A stretch of 58,096 nucleotides of DNA from Candidatus Nealsonbacteria bacterium (GTDB lineage Bacteria; Patescibacteriota; Minisyncoccia; Minisyncoccales; GWA2-38-27), in the NCBI GenBank assembly GCA_030617105.1, contig JAUWWC010000002.1, positions 1 through 58,096 of the forward strand. The letters are read 5' to 3'. The stretch's first letter is position 1. The number at the start of each line of letters is the position of its first letter. The position numbers were made by a program, and so were the translations under genes. The notes below the pieces were generated by a model. That model saw only the letters and a list, made by a program, of their open reading frames with translations, did no database searches and was not told where the DNA came from. Positions 34,740 through 43,696 of the stretch are shown piece after piece.

Positions 34740-36968
34740 ATGCTGGGGAAAACTAAAAACTTTCTATTTAATCTATGTAAAAAGAAAACAATTCTCTTTG
34801 TTTTCTTTTTTAGTTTTTTTGGACTTACATTTGCCAGATCAGCTTCAGCAGGGTGGGTGGAGAACTTAGCTACATGGATTGCTACTCGTCCTTTTCTTTT
34901 AATTATTTGGCTTTTGGTAAAATTCGCGATTTGGAACGTAGGTTTAGTTGGTTCTTTTTTAAATTGGGTCTTAAGTCCCAATTTTATTAGTCTAAGTTAC
35001 ACTAACCCAGCAAACAATCCAATAATAGATACTGGATTAGGGGTTACCCAAGGATTCGTAAATATGCTCCTGGTTTTAATTCTGGTCTATATTGCTATTG
35101 CCACTATTTTGCGGTTAGCTGGTTATGAAACAAAAAAACTCTTAGTAACATTTATCATTGTTGCTCTTTTAGTAAACTTTGCTCCTGTTATTTGTGGAAT
35201 AATTGTTGACGCTTCAAATATTGTAATGAACTTTTTTATCCAAGATTTAAAAGCAGATGCTTTTGGTAAGGTTATGGGTGCAAAAGTTGAGCAAATCCTT
35301 GCTGGTTTTGATTGGAAGACAACGATTGAAGAAACCCAACAACGTATCCTCCAGCTTGTTATTATGGTTGGGTTCCTTTTTGTCCTAAGCTTCATTTTAT
35401 TTCTCTTTACTATTCTCTTCATTTTAAGATATCTTGTTATTTGGTTGTTAGTTATTCTCTCTCCTTTGGCCTTTGCTTGTTATATTTTACCTATGACTAG
35501 AAAATATTTTGATAAATGGTGGGAGCAGTTTATTAGCTGGTCATTTATTGGAGTAACCTGCGGTTTCTTTCTTTATTTGGGACTTTTACTAGTAACGTAT
35601 GTCCCTACCTCAATTACAGCTCCAGAAACAGGAGAAACGCCCCTCTTTAATAACATTCTTCCCTATTTTGTCTCAGCAATCTTTCTCGGCATTGGATTTG
35701 TCTTTGGGCTCCAAACATCAGCCATAGGCGCTAAGACAGTAGTAAACTTTGCCAAAGGAACCCAAAGAGCAGCTGGAAGAGGGGCAAAATGGGTAGGAGG
35801 AAGAATAGCTCAAAAAGGAATAAGGCCAATTGTTGAAAGACCTGCAAGATTGGCAGTAGACAAAGTGTCTAGAGCCGTATCAAGAGTAGGAGCTTGGGGA
35901 TATAAAGGAGTAAAACCGCTTGCTCCTTTAAAATGGCTGCTACCTGAAAAAGTCAGAGAATTCGGCAACATAAGACCTGTTATAGAAAAATCAATAGAAA
36001 AAGCTAAAAAGGAATCAGGAACAGCATCAGCTGCGAAAATTCTAACAAGAACGGCCTCAGGAGCTGAGGGTGCAGGATTATTAATTAAAAACTTAATAAC
36101 AAACGATGCTCAAGACCTATTTACTGATGCTAGGAAAATCCGCAGGTGGAAAGATATGTCTGATCAAGAAATATTAGAAGATAAGGAATTTATTAAAATT
36201 ATAGCTCCGTTATTAAAACACGCTGAGCAAGCAGGTATGACTGGTCGTACATTAAGAAGAGATCCTCGTTTAGCTAAAATAGCGGCAGTTGCTGGAATTA
36301 GGGGTTATAAGGGCTTATCCCCACAAAAAGCAGTGACTAAAGCTGTTGGAGAGGCAAGAGAACATATTAAAGATTGGGAGCCAGAAAGCTTAAAAGACCC
36401 AGAGGTATTAATGGCCTGTTTAGCTCAATTTGACAGAGATAGATGGTTGCAAGTTAACCGTCAAGTCAAAGAGGGCCAAAATACTGCCCATAAAACTATG
36501 GATAAAGTTCTTGCTGAATTCAAACGAAAAAACAATCTAACGCGTAAAAGCGATGAAGAGGTTTGGAATAATGAATTTAAAAAGTTTATAAATGAAAACT
36601 ACGGAGGCACTAAATATTTTGAGGCAGTGACTGAAGACAGAATGCAAAGAACAGGATGGAGAACAGCTCAAACGCCTACACCAGGAACAACAGCAATGGG
36701 TAGTCCACCGCCTCCAAAAGAAAGAACTAAACCTATAACTACGACCGAAGCTATAAAAGAAAAAATTAAAGAAAGGAAAGAGCCAAAAGAAAAAACCAAA
36801 CCTATGACTATAACTGAAGCCAGAAAAGAACGAAAGAAAAAGGTTCAAATGCCTACTATGATAACAAGAAAAATGAGAGCAGGATTAAAAAAAGCAGGTT
36901 ATAGCGATGAAGATATACGCAAAATGACTCCGATAGAAGCCTGGGAAAAACTTGGTCGAACTTTTTAA
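34740..36968 (+). CDS. Large polytopic membrane protein, possibly VirB6/TrbL-like, with a basic soluble C-terminal region
   Basis: About 8 hydrophobic helices in the first ~330 aa, then a K/R-rich region with internal repeats (RTKPITTTEA / KTKPMTITEA). The functional assignment is inferred from context only. Confidence 0.4.
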   Translation: MLGKTKNFLFNLCKKKTILFVFFFSFFGLTFARSASAGWVENLATWIATRPFLLIIWLLVKFAIWNVGLVGSFLNWVLSPNFISLSYTNPANNPIIDTGLGVTQGFVNMLLVLILVYIAIATILRLAGYETKKLLVTFIIVALLVNFAPVICGIIVDASNIVMNFFIQDLKADAFGKVMGAKVEQILAGFDWKTTIEETQQRILQLVIMVGFLFVLSFILFLFTILFILRYLVIWLLVILSPLAFACYILPMTRKYFDKWWEQFISWSFIGVTCGFFLYLGLLLVTYVPTSITAPETGETPLFNNILPYFVSAIFLGIGFVFGLQTSAIGAKTVVNFAKGTQRAAGRGAKWVGGRIAQKGIRPIVERPARLAVDKVSRAVSRVGAWGYKGVKPLAPLKWLLPEKVREFGNIRPVIEKSIEKAKKESGTASAAKILTRTASGAEGAGLLIKNLITNDAQDLFTDARKIRRWKDMSDQEILEDKEFIKIIAPLLKHAEQAGMTGRTLRRDPRLAKIAAVAGIRGYKGLSPQKAVTKAVGEAREHIKDWEPESLKDPEVLMACLAQFDRDRWLQVNRQVKEGQNTAHKTMDKVLAEFKRKNNLTRKSDEEVWNNEFKKFINENYGGTKYFEAVTEDRMQRTGWRTAQTPTPGTTAMGSPPPPKERTKPITTTEAIKEKIKERKEPKEKTKPMTITEARKERKKKVQMPTMITRKMRAGLKKAGYSDEDIRKMTPIEAWEKLGRTF

Positions 36969-37004
36969 TCTTCAGAAAACAAAAAAAAGAAAATTAAGAA
37001 TGAT

Positions 37005-37038
37005 AAAAAGGGAAGTCGATAATGACTTCCCTTTTTTT
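37005..37038. terminator. Bidirectional intrinsic terminator
   Basis: AAAA-AGGGAAGTC-gataat-GACTTCCCT-TTTTTT between convergent genes. Confidence 0.85.
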
Positions 37039-37050
37039 GTTTTACTATTT

Positions 37051-38037
37051 TTAGGGTTTTTTAAGTATACCACTAAGCCCTTCTCCAAACGCCTTAGCAG
37101 TTGTCTCAAATCCCCTAAAAGCTCTAATCTTTTTTTCGGCTTTGCCCCTTTCAACCTGAATAGTATCTAATGCCACATCAGGAGAGACGCCCATTCTTTT
37201 AAGTTTTTTAACCCATTCATAGACGAACTCCATTTCTTCGTTTTCTCCTCTTCGTTCTTGTACTTCTTTAGCAAATTTCTCAGCAGCTATTGCTAGCTCC
37301 CCTTGTTCTTTTACTTCACCAACATTGAATCTGCTGATTTTAACACCCAAATCTGCTATATCAGGAAGACCATTCTTATTAAGCTCCTCTGCTATTTCTT
37401 CAGTTAACTCTTCGCCAGTAAGCTTCTTAACCAACCTTCCCTTAATTTCCGAAGAAAAGGTAATATCTTCCCAGCTATTAGTGCGAGCCATTTCACGAAG
37501 GTCTTCTTCAATCAAATCTTTAATTATTTTCTGCACTCCTTCGTGTCCGCCACTGTTGATAAAACTGATCAAACATTGACCGCTTCTTTCTCCTTTGTAA
37601 TCAGGGGAATAAGTATAAGAAATCTTCACTGAAATCTCTCCGCCAGCAAAAGGAGTAATTCCTTGTTCCTCTTTTTGATCCTCAATCCGAGCTTTACACC
37701 TTATATTCGGAAAAGTAGTATCAACATTAACCTTTTCCACGCTCACCATAGTAACCGTGTACATAAATGGAAAAAAAGGTGCAAAAATATGCCATCCTTC
37801 TGGAATAACTATTGGCAGCCTTTCCCCCCAAATAACTACTACTCCAACATAAGGTGGTCTGGCAGGGATTCTTCGGAGACAAACGTAAAGGAATATCCCT
37901 GTTGCTACCAATATCCCTATACCAATCCAGAAAGAAAAAAATATCATCAGAAGTCCAAAAATTGTCATTGCTACCAAAATTACTTTCGGCGCTTTCATTA
38001 TTATTCTGTTTGTATTACCGATACCTTCCATTTTCAT
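37051..38037 (-). CDS. SPFH/band-7 (prohibitin/stomatin-like) domain membrane protein
   Basis: Two N-terminal TM helices, then YVGVVVIWGERLPIVIPEGWHIFAPFF..V..VSVEKVNVD, the typical SPFH start. Confidence 0.6.
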   Translation of the reverse strand: MKMEGIGNTNRIIMKAPKVILVAMTIFGLLMIFFSFWIGIGILVATGIFLYVCLRRIPARPPYVGVVVIWGERLPIVIPEGWHIFAPFFPFMYTVTMVSVEKVNVDTTFPNIRCKARIEDQKEEQGITPFAGGEISVKISYTYSPDYKGERSGQCLISFINSGGHEGVQKIIKDLIEEDLREMARTNSWEDITFSSEIKGRLVKKLTGEELTEEIAEELNKNGLPDIADLGVKISRFNVGEVKEQGELAIAAEKFAKEVQERRGENEEMEFVYEWVKKLKRMGVSPDVALDTIQVERGKAEKKIRAFRGFETTAKAFGEGLSGILKKP

Positions 38038-38200
38038 GTCCTTTCAATATTTGATTGCTAATGTACTATTTCACATCAAGAAAACGCTTCTTGAATATCT
38101 TAATCATATCATATATCCATATTTTTGTCAATGTTTTGCAAAAGAAAAAGGCAGGAAATTTCCCCGCCCTATTGTTGTTGGTATCCGATACCGACAGCAC

Positions 38201-38506
38201 CTAAGCTTTTTTAGAACCTTGCGAGATTAAAGCGAAAAATAAAAAGTAATCTTTTAAAGATTTTGTAGAAACTTTGTAAATATTACTGCCAATAAATAAA
38301 TCACATAAAACCTCTCTCAGTCTGAAAAGTTCTCTATTTTTTCTTTGAGAAATTGTTAAATCAAGAAGCTCTAAGACCTTATCAAAGCTATTTTGAGCAT
38401 TTTTTAAATCTCCTTTTCGTTTTAAGCTTATCATTCTTGAAAACTCTGATCCAATATTTCCCATTTGTTGAGCTAAGCTCATTTTCATCCATTTTTCTTT
38501 TATCAT
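38201..38506 (-). CDS. Hypothetical protein
   Basis: 101 aa, helical. 4-nt overlap with the upstream ORF. Confidence 0.4.
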   Translation of the reverse strand: MIKEKWMKMSLAQQMGNIGSEFSRMISLKRKGDLKNAQNSFDKVLELLDLTISQRKNRELFRLREVLCDLFIGSNIYKVSTKSLKDYFLFFALISQGSKKA

Positions 38507-38829
38507 TCTATTAATCTGTTAGTTATATTTTTAATTTTATCTTTTATTTCTTCAGATTCTATTTCTACATCGCGATTATTTTTCAGAGGTTTTATATTAA
38601 CCAAAGAATTAAATTCTAACCATTCGTTTTTTTCTTTTTCGGGATAGATATTAATTCCCCAGATATCTTCTTGATTAGAACCCTCCTGTTCTACTAAAAT
38701 AACACTAGCATCGGAATGAAATTCTCCCCCAATGGCCATAATTTCTTTTTCAATATCAACTACTGCTTTTATAGTATCTTTGCCCAACTCGTCTCTCTTA
38801 ATCTTCTCTTTAACTATTTTAATCGTCAT
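38503..38829 (-). CDS. Hypothetical protein
   Basis: 108 aa, directly downstream of dnaN. No motif recognised. Confidence 0.4.
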   Translation of the reverse strand: MTIKIVKEKIKRDELGKDTIKAVVDIEKEIMAIGGEFHSDASVILVEQEGSNQEDIWGINIYPEKEKNEWLEFNSLVNIKPLKNNRDVEIESEEIKDKIKNITNRLIE

Positions 38830-38830
38830 A

Positions 38831-39961
38831 TTAACTGGCTTTAATCGGCATTACTACGTAAATATATGTGTCATCGCCCATTGCTTTAAGCACGCCTGGG
38901 CCAGATTCTTGATTTAATTCAAATATAATTTCTGGGGTTTTTATACTTAAGAGACCATCCAATAAGAAACGGTGGTTAAAGGAAATCTCTAAAGGCTCTC
39001 CTTTGGTTTTAGCAGAAACAGAAGATTGATATTCTCCAATCTCAGAACTCTGGCTGAAAATCTCTATATTTTTCTCTTCAGGGTTTGCTTTAATTTTCAC
39101 TTCATTTATTTTCCCGCTAAACAAGCTGGCTGTTTTTACTTGGTTTAAAAATTCATCTTTATTTAGTATTAATTGAGTTGTGCATTTCTTGGGGATAATT
39201 TCTTGATAATTTGGGTATTCTCCTTCTATTAAGCGGGAAACAACTTGAATTTGAGCATGAGGTGTTTCTTCCATAGGATATTCAAACATTACTTGATTAG
39301 GTGAGAAATGCATTTTTAGTTCTCCTTGTTTTTCATTAAAGATATTTATTAATTCCTTTGCTGTTTTTTGTGGAAGAATTAAAGAATATTCTTTTTCCAA
39401 GGGAGAATTGCTTTTCAGAAATATCTTTTTCTCACCCAAGCGAAAGCTATCAGTAGCTGCTATGGTTATCAGGTTTTTCTGAAACAAGAAATAAATGCCA
39501 GAAATCTCAGGTCTTGTAGTAGATGGAACAGCAATATCAGCGATTTGGTTTAAGCTTTTACAAAAAGAAGATATTTCAATAGAAATTGTGTCTCCATGAG
39601 TAATTTTAGGAATAATTGGAAATTCTTCAGCGCTCAAGCCCTTTATTTGAGTTTTGTAATTCTCACATTCAATAAACAGACTATTGTCTTTTACTTCCAG
39701 ATTTATTTTCTTATTTGGTAAAAGGTTTATGAAATTAGAGAATAAACGTGAAGGAATAGTAATTTTTCCCTCTTTTTCAATTTTAGTTAAAACCCACCAA
39801 TTTATTCCTATTTCTAAATCAGTAGCAGCCAAGTTTAAAAAATTCTTTTCAGTTGATATTAAAATATTGTTTAAAATAGGAAGAGTTAATGATTTTGAAG
39901 AAATTCTTTCAACAATATTTAATCCTTGTTTTAGTTTTTCTTGTAGAATTAATAATTTCAT
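38831..39961 (-). CDS. dnaN: DNA polymerase III beta sliding clamp
   Basis: Three-domain length (376 aa), N-terminus MKLLILQEKLKQGL..V, and position after dnaA. Confidence 0.9.
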   Translation of the reverse strand: MKLLILQEKLKQGLNIVERISSKSLTLPILNNILISTEKNFLNLAATDLEIGINWWVLTKIEKEGKITIPSRLFSNFINLLPNKKINLEVKDNSLFIECENYKTQIKGLSAEEFPIIPKITHGDTISIEISSFCKSLNQIADIAVPSTTRPEISGIYFLFQKNLITIAATDSFRLGEKKIFLKSNSPLEKEYSLILPQKTAKELINIFNEKQGELKMHFSPNQVMFEYPMEETPHAQIQVVSRLIEGEYPNYQEIIPKKCTTQLILNKDEFLNQVKTASLFSGKINEVKIKANPEEKNIEIFSQSSEIGEYQSSVSAKTKGEPLEISFNHRFLLDGLLSIKTPEIIFELNQESGPGVLKAMGDDTYIYVVMPIKAS

Positions 39962-40119
39962 AATATATAATTATTATTTAATTATTTGTTATTATTATTA
40001 GTATAGTGGAAAAGTATTTTTTTATATATTGTTGAATTAATAATATGTTGTTTAAAATTAGTTAAATTAAAGGTGAATTATTTCCCTCTTTATTTTATTA
40101 AGTATTTATCCCCAAATTA

Positions 40120-41469
40120 TTAGGTATTAAATACCCTTTCTTTTATAAAACCAATCTCTTCTTCTAGTTTTTTATTCTTTTCTAATTCTTTTAATATCTT
40201 TTTATAAGAATGAATAGCAGTGGTGTGGTCCTTGCCATTAAACTTTCTCCCAATAAAAGGAAAAGAGCTTTTCAATTCTTCTCTCAGCAAGTACATTGCT
40301 ATCTGGCGTGGCCTAACAATTTCTTTTTTTCTGGAAGAAGTTAAAAGGTCTCTCTCTTTTAAGTCATAAAATTCTGCCACTGTTTGGATTATTTTTTTAG
40401 GCGTAACTATTCTTGCTGGAGAGGAAAGTAAGTTTTTAAAAAGAGTTTTAGTGATTTCTAAATCAGGTTTTTGATTGTTCAGTTTCTGGTAAATAATTAA
40501 ACGATTTAAAGCGCCTTCTAATTCTCTAATATTCCTTTTGATAACTGAAGCAATATATTGATAAATTTCATCAGAAAACTCTACCTTTTTTTCTTGAGCT
40601 TTTGTTTTTAAAATAGCGATTCTTGTTTCAAAATCAGGACTACTAATATCTGCTATCAGTCCTCCTTCAAACCTTGACCTCAACCTTTCTGCTAATGAGG
40701 AAATAGCTTTTGGCGGACGGTCTGAAGAAATAATAATTTGTTTGTTGTTTTCATATAATACATTGAAAATATGGAAGAATTCTTCTTGGGTTTTTTCTTT
40801 GCCAGCCAAGAATTGAACATCATCAATAATCAAAACATCAACTCCCCTGTATTTTGATTTAAATAAATCTATTTTATCATTTCTGATTGACGAGACCACT
40901 TCTGAGGTGAATTTTTCAGAAGAAACATACTTTACTTTCTTCTTTTTAAAGTTTTTAATTGCCTCGTTTCCTATGGCTTGTAAAATATGAGTTTTGCCTA
41001 AGCCAACCCCTCCATAAATGAAAAGAGGATTATATACAGCGCCAGGTTTTTTAGAAACAGCAATAGCAGCAGCATGAGGCAATTCATTAAAAGGGCCAAC
41101 TACAAAGGAATCAAAAGTATAACGGGGATTAAGATTAGTTTCTTTATTTACTTTAAGTTCCTGGAATTCCAACTGGTCTGTTTCTGGCAGAACCACTGGG
41201 ATCTTTTTTAGAATTTTTAATCTGGTTTTACCAACTGTATATGTAACTTCTTTGATTTCTTCATTTAAACTATGCAAGATTTTCAAAATCGTCCTATTGT
41301 ATTTATTTTCTAACCATTCTTTGGCAAAAGAGTTTGGGACTAAAACAATAATTTTCCCCTCTTTTTGAGAAGTAATTTCAGTATTTTTAAACCAGGTAGC
41401 AAAGTTCGCCTGGGAGATATTTAACTGGATTTGGCCCAGCAGTGCTTGCCAGAGCTCCTCATTATTCAT
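40120..41469 (-). CDS. dnaA: Chromosomal replication initiator DnaA
   Basis: Walker A GGVGLGKTHIL, Walker B LIIDDVQFL, sensor RSRFEGGL, and C-terminal DNA-binding helix (VRPRQIAMYL...GKDHTTAIHS). Confidence 0.95.
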   Translation of the reverse strand: MNNEELWQALLGQIQLNISQANFATWFKNTEITSQKEGKIIVLVPNSFAKEWLENKYNRTILKILHSLNEEIKEVTYTVGKTRLKILKKIPVVLPETDQLEFQELKVNKETNLNPRYTFDSFVVGPFNELPHAAAIAVSKKPGAVYNPLFIYGGVGLGKTHILQAIGNEAIKNFKKKKVKYVSSEKFTSEVVSSIRNDKIDLFKSKYRGVDVLIIDDVQFLAGKEKTQEEFFHIFNVLYENNKQIIISSDRPPKAISSLAERLRSRFEGGLIADISSPDFETRIAILKTKAQEKKVEFSDEIYQYIASVIKRNIRELEGALNRLIIYQKLNNQKPDLEITKTLFKNLLSSPARIVTPKKIIQTVAEFYDLKERDLLTSSRKKEIVRPRQIAMYLLREELKSSFPFIGRKFNGKDHTTAIHSYKKILKELEKNKKLEEEIGFIKERVFNT

Positions 41470-41782
41470 GTTAATTTTTAATTATTGCAACTTCGTTGCA
41501 TAATTGTGGCATTCGGTCAAAAAAGAAAAATAAGAACCTTTCGCTTCGTTCAAGAACCTTGATTCGCTAAGGAATAATTATATAATCTTGAATTAAATTT
41601 TTCTTTTCTTCCCTCTTTTACAATTATAGCATATGTCAAAACAAAGCCAAAATACATAGAAAAGCCAATTTTTGTTAATAAATTGTTAACAATCTGTTAA
41701 GAATTGACCAAGAGATTTTTAAATAGTATACTTAAATATAAATTCAAATTTTTAAAAATTAAAAATTAAAAATTTTAAGAAC
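41470..41782. other. Candidate replication-origin / promoter region between divergent dnaA and rpmH
   Basis: The classical dnaA<->rpmH synteny and very AT-rich sequence with (AAAAATT)n runs. I could not find clear consensus DnaA boxes. Confidence 0.3.
41558..41585 (+). promoter_or_regulatory. Sigma70-like promoter (TTGATT-N16-TATAAT) inside the second copy of the ~80-nt element
   Basis: Same -35/-10 hexamers and flanks as the ppa promoter element at 8849-8877. Confidence 0.4.
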
Positions 41783-41917
41783 ATGTCTATCACATATCAA
41801 CCAAAAAGAAAAAAAAGGAAAAGAACGCATGGTTTTAGGGCGCGTCAGAAAACCAAAACAGGAAGAAGAGTATTAAAGAGACGAAGGAAAAAAGGGAGAA
41901 AAAAACTTAGTGTGTAA
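41783..41917 (+). CDS. rpmH: 50S ribosomal protein L34
   Basis: [44 protein letters not shown]. Too short for the ORF track. Confidence 0.95.
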   Translation: MSITYQPKRKKRKRTHGFRARQKTKTGRRVLKRRRKKGRKKLSV

Positions 41918-41918
41918 A

Positions 41919-42257
41919 ATGTTAGCAAAAATTAATAGGTTAAAAAAAGACAAGGATTTTGAAAAGGTTTTCAAGCAAGGACAAGGATTTAAACAAGGCC
42001 TTTTGTATTTAAAAATCAGAAAGAATAATTTAAAAACGAGCCGTTTTGGTTTTGTAATTAGTAAAAAGTTTTCTAAAAAAGCAGTAATTAGGAATAAAAC
42101 CAAAAGAAGATTAAGTGAAATAATTAAAACGAAGCTGCCAGAAATTAAAAAAGGAATAGATGTAGTAATAGTTGCAACGCCTGGGGCTGAAAATGATTTT
42201 CAGGGCTTAGAAGATGTAGTAAATAAACTTTTTAAAAAAGCAGGAATTAATGGCTAA
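41919..42257 (+). CDS. rnpA: Ribonuclease P protein component
   Basis: Position after rpmH, a basic protein, and the RNR-like motif AVIRNKTKRRL. I start at the ATG at 41919 rather than the GTG at 41910. Confidence 0.85.
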   Translation: MLAKINRLKKDKDFEKVFKQGQGFKQGLLYLKIRKNNLKTSRFGFVISKKFSKKAVIRNKTKRRLSEIIKTKLPEIKKGIDVVIVATPGAENDFQGLEDVVNKLFKKAGING

Positions 42258-42456
42258 GATAATCTTAAAAACTATTAAATTATATCAAAATTTAATTTCC
42301 CCTATTTTGGGTCATCATTGCCGATTTTACCCAAGCTGTTCAGAATATTATTCCTCAGCAATTAAGAAGTACGGTATTGCTAAAGGGACGTGGAGGGGGT
42401 TTAAGAGAATAGCACGATGCCATCCCTGGAATTCTGGTGGCATAGATTTACCATAA
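42250..42456 (+). CDS. yidD: Membrane protein insertion efficiency factor YidD
   Basis: YQ..ISP......CRFYPSCSEY and PWNSGGIDLP. Confidence 0.9.
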   Translation: MAKIILKTIKLYQNLISPILGHHCRFYPSCSEYYSSAIKKYGIAKGTWRGFKRIARCHPWNSGGIDLP

Positions 42457-42460
42457 AAAA

Positions 42461-43171
42461 ATGGGTATTTTAATTACAGCATTTAACACAATATTATATC
42501 AGCCGCTATTGAATGTTTTGGTTTTATTATACGAGTATTTGCCTGGTCATGATTTCGGCGTGGCTGTAATTGTTTTGACAATTTTAATCAAGATATTATT
42601 TTATCCTTTAGGCGTTAAAGCAATTAAGTCGCAGAAAGCTCTTTCCGGGCTTCAGCCAAAGATAAAAGAGATTCAGGAAAAATACAAAGAGAATAAAGAG
42701 CAGCAAACAAAGGAAATAATGGCGCTTTACAAAAGGGAAAAGATAAATCCTTTTTCTGGCTGTTTGCCTCTTCTAATCCAGCTTCCTGTCTTAATTGCTC
42801 TTTATAGAGTATTTTGGCATGGTTTGCAACCAGAACAAATGACTTTACTATATAGCTTTGTTCCTTCCCCTGGAGTCATTGATGCAACTTTCTTCGGCAT
42901 TATAAACCTTGCCAACCCCAATATAGTAATAGCGTTTTTAGCAGGAATTTTCCAATTTATTCAAGTGAAGATGGTTTCTCCTAAATCTAAAAAGGACAAA
43001 AAGCAAGATTCTAGTTTTGCGGGCCAGATGCAGAAACAGATGCAATACTTTATGCCTGCTTTTATGGTTTTGATTCTTTTCCGTTTGCCTTCAGCTATTG
43101 GTCTTTACTGGATAACCACTACCCTCTTTACAATTGTTCAACAGTATGTTATTCTTAAAAAAGAAAAATGA
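42461..43171 (+). CDS. yidC: Membrane protein insertase YidC (short, Gram-positive/Oxa1-like form)
   Basis: KSQKA...LQPK.KEIQEKYK....Q..E.M.LYK...INP..GCLP.LIQ.P. Position in the rpmH-rnpA-yidD-yidC-jag cluster. Confidence 0.9.
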   Translation: MGILITAFNTILYQPLLNVLVLLYEYLPGHDFGVAVIVLTILIKILFYPLGVKAIKSQKALSGLQPKIKEIQEKYKENKEQQTKEIMALYKREKINPFSGCLPLLIQLPVLIALYRVFWHGLQPEQMTLLYSFVPSPGVIDATFFGIINLANPNIVIAFLAGIFQFIQVKMVSPKSKKDKKQDSSFAGQMQKQMQYFMPAFMVLILFRLPSAIGLYWITTTLFTIVQQYVILKKEK

Positions 43172-43629
43172 TTAACCAAGATAATCTAAATGAAATAAGG
43201 AAAACAGTTGATGAGTTTTTTGAGAAAACAAGTTTTGAAGTTGAAGCTGAGGTTTTGCCTTTTCAAGAAAAAACAATCCCGGTAAGGATAAAAACTGAAG
43301 AGCCAAGGATTTTAATTGGTCAAAATGGTCAAACATTAGCCGAGATTCAGCACCTCTTAAAAGCAATATTAAGACGTAAAATCCCGGAGCAGTTCTATCT
43401 TGACATTGATGTTAATGATTACAAAAAGAAGAAAACAGAGTATTTAAAAGAAACAGCTGTTTCTTTGGCTGATGAGGTTGCTCTGACCAAAAAAGAAAAA
43501 ACTTTAACAGCAATGCCAGCTTATGAAAGAAGGATTATTCATTTAGAATTAGCTGGAAGAGAGGATATTGCAACTGAAAGCATAGGCGAAGAGCCCGAAA
43601 GAAGGGTTGTTATCCGTCCTTATCCTTAA
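43168..43629 (+). CDS. jag: Jag/KhpB-like RNA-binding protein (KH + R3H domains)
   Basis: IGQNGQTL.A.Q.L (KH) and ERRIIH..L (R3H). Follows yidC with a 4-nt overlap. Confidence 0.8.
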   Translation: MINQDNLNEIRKTVDEFFEKTSFEVEAEVLPFQEKTIPVRIKTEEPRILIGQNGQTLAEIQHLLKAILRRKIPEQFYLDIDVNDYKKKKTEYLKETAVSLADEVALTKKEKTLTAMPAYERRIIHLELAGREDIATESIGEEPERRVVIRPYP

Positions 43630-43656
43630 ACAAATTAAAAATATTCAAACAGAAAA

Positions 43657-43680
43657 CCGCTTTCCAAAAGCGGCTTTTTT
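43657..43680. terminator. Intrinsic terminator between convergent operons
   Basis: CCGCTTT-cca-AAAGCGG followed by CTTTTTT, with an A-rich tract on the other side. Confidence 0.7.
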
Positions 43681-43696
43681 GATTGTTTAAGATGTT

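Noticed and set aside
40000-40119. DnaA boxes in the dnaA-dnaN spacer.
   Set aside because: Only one 8/9 match (TTATCCCCA) was found, with no cluster. That is not enough to annotate box features.
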